Assembly (NCBI GenBank): GCA_049289815.1 | Contig: JBATMK010000285.1 | Span: 1-61,980, forward strand | Length of the DNA: 61,980 nucleotides | DNA from: Flavobacteriales bacterium | GTDB lineage: Bacteria; Bacteroidota; Bacteroidia; Flavobacteriales_F; PHOS-HE28 | Reading direction: 5' to 3' | Part shown: piece after piece, positions 60,850-61,980 of the stretch | Numbering within the stretch: position 1 is the first letter of the stretch | Layout of the letters: every line of letters begins with the position of its first letter | Translations under genes and position numbers: made by a program | The notes under the pieces: model-generated | Database searches by the model: none | Told to the model about the DNA's origin: nothing | What the model saw: the letters and a program-made list of their open reading frames with translations, nothing else

Positions 60850-61980
60850 ACACCAGCGGGAAGAAAGGGGCTGATCGCCTGATCCCCGATCAGGACAAAT
60901 TGGTTTCCGCGGAGGAAGCCGAGACACGTCTCGAGCTGTCGGATCTGCGTAATGTGGATGGCAGTGGGCATGTGACCGGGCGATCGATCTACCTCGATGA
61001 CATACCCGTGCAGCAGGGAACACTGTTCGCGCTACCGTACGATGCCGCATCAGCGCATGCACGCATCAAGAAACTTGACCTGTCGGAGGCCGCCGCTGTG
61101 CCGGGTGTTGTGCGGATCCTCACCTGCAAGGACATTCCCGGCGAGAACCAGATCGGTGGGATCATTCCGGATGAACCGCTCTTCGCAGAGCACGAGATCC
61201 ACTTCTGGGGCATGCCGGTGGCGCTGATCATCGCGACATCGGAGAACATCGCACGTAAAGCCCGTGCGCTCATCACCATCGAACTGGAGGAGCTACCCGT
61301 GATCACCGATCCACGCGAAGCACGCGCGAAGGGCGAGCTCATCATCCCACCGCGCACGTTCAAGCTTGGTGATACGAAGCCGGCTTGGTCGCAGTGCGCG
61401 CATGTTATCGAAGGCCGCGCCGATACGAATGGCCAGGAGCACCTCTACATCGAGACGCAGGGTGCTTACGCCTATCCCACTGAGCACGACAGCCTCCGCA
61501 TCGCATCCAGCACGCAAGGCCCGACTGCGGTTCAGCGCACCGTGGCGCGGGTGTTGGGCATACCCATGCACCGCATTGAAGTGGACGTGACACGTCTCGG
61601 CGGCGGCTTCGGCGGTAAGGAGGACCAGGCTTCGGCATGGGCCGCCTTGGTGGCGCTTGCGGCCTTCGTGCTGAAGAAACCCGTGAAGCTGGCGATGCAC
61701 CGCATGGACGACATGCGCATGACCGGCAAGCGGCATCCGTACAGCAGCGATTTCAAGATCGGCCTGAGCAAGGACCTGAAGATCCTCGCATACGAGGCCA
61801 CCTTTCATCAGAATGCCGGTGCCGCCGCCGACCTGTCACCCGCGGTGATGGAGCGCACGCTCTTCCATGCCACCAACAGCTACTTCGTGCCGAACGTGGA
61901 AGTGACGGCCTACTCCTGCCGCACGCATCTGCCGCCCAACACGGCGTTCCGGGGCTTCGGTGGTCCACAAGGCATGTTCG
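60846..61980 (+). CDS. xdhB: Xanthine dehydrogenase molybdopterin-binding subunit, 3' end beyond the window edge
   Basis: Absent from the track because there is no stop in the window. ATG 60846 forms an ATGA overlap with the xdhA stop. Hand translation: MNTSGKKGADRLIP...GHVTGRSIYLDDIP...GENQIGG...GQEHLYIETQGAYA...RLGGGFGGKE...FRGFGGPQGMF. Confidence 0.85.
   Translation, partial: MNTSGKKGADRLIPDQDKLVSAEEAETRLELSDLRNVDGSGHVTGRSIYLDDIPVQQGTLFALPYDAASAHARIKKLDLSEAAAVPGVVRILTCKDIPGENQIGGIIPDEPLFAEHEIHFWGMPVALIIATSENIARKARALITIELEELPVITDPREARAKGELIIPPRTFKLGDTKPAWSQCAHVIEGRADTNGQEHLYIETQGAYAYPTEHDSLRIASSTQGPTAVQRTVARVLGIPMHRIEVDVTRLGGGFGGKEDQASAWAALVALAAFVLKKPVKLAMHRMDDMRMTGKRHPYSSDFKIGLSKDLKILAYEATFHQNAGAAADLSPAVMERTLFHATNSYFVPNVEVTAYSCRTHLPPNTAFRGFGGPQGMF

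Noticed and set aside
59785-61062. 425-aa minus-strand ORF
   Set aside because: It is antisense to xdhA/xdhB, whose FeS, FAD and Moco motifs are unambiguous.

Overview
This looks like a chromosomal segment from a high-GC member of the Bacteroidota. That assignment is an inference from type IX secretion (T9SS) sorting domains, SprB repeats, a PorP/SprF gene and TAnnTTTG-type promoter boxes. I can support 43 protein-coding genes. Two are cut by the window edges and one 42-aa gene falls below the ORF-track cutoff. There is also one tRNA-Glu(UUC). I see no rRNA, CRISPR array, transposase, integrase, prophage or recognisable defence genes. Left end (minus strand): a translationally coupled polysaccharide locus of wza, wzc, wzx, an unknown 426-aa protein and a glycosyltransferase that runs off the window. 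Then come tRNA-Glu, proS, and a Gly/Tyr-rich lipoprotein paired with a FadL/PorV-like barrel. Centre: housekeeping genes, namely a Nif3/Zn-ribbon pair, lpxK, a purine nucleoside phosphorylase, gatB, tlpA-like, an M1 peptidase, lpxH, gap, lipA, osmC-like, ung, an Omp85-family protein, an L,D-transpeptidase, rmuC, a GWxTD protein and rlmB. T9SS cargo proteins are interspersed among them. The dominant feature is a 10.9-kb gene (37164..48089) for a 3641-aa type-B T9SS adhesin. It has a choice-of-anchor-L/Calx-beta head, 38 SprB-type repeats and a gliding-type C-terminal domain. It is preceded by a 127-aa secreted protein and followed by PorP/SprF and a TPR/beta-propeller/OmpA lipoprotein. Right end: an unknown helical protein, a second M1 peptidase with a T9SS tail, eno-carA, and a purine catabolism cluster (DUF1801, guanine deaminase, xdhA, xdhB partial). 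I did not find a clear novel multi-gene system of the defence or mobile kind. The observations most worth follow-up are: (1) a 7-nt x4 tandem repeat in the 5' coding region of a T9SS surface protein, a candidate phase switch; (2) the adhesin cassette and its block-structured repeat stalk; (3) the Gly/Tyr-rich lipoprotein plus barrel pair; (4) an inverted 14-nt copy of the tRNA-Glu 3' end that brackets its terminator. All functional calls rest on my recognition of motifs in the supplied translations. No database search was run.
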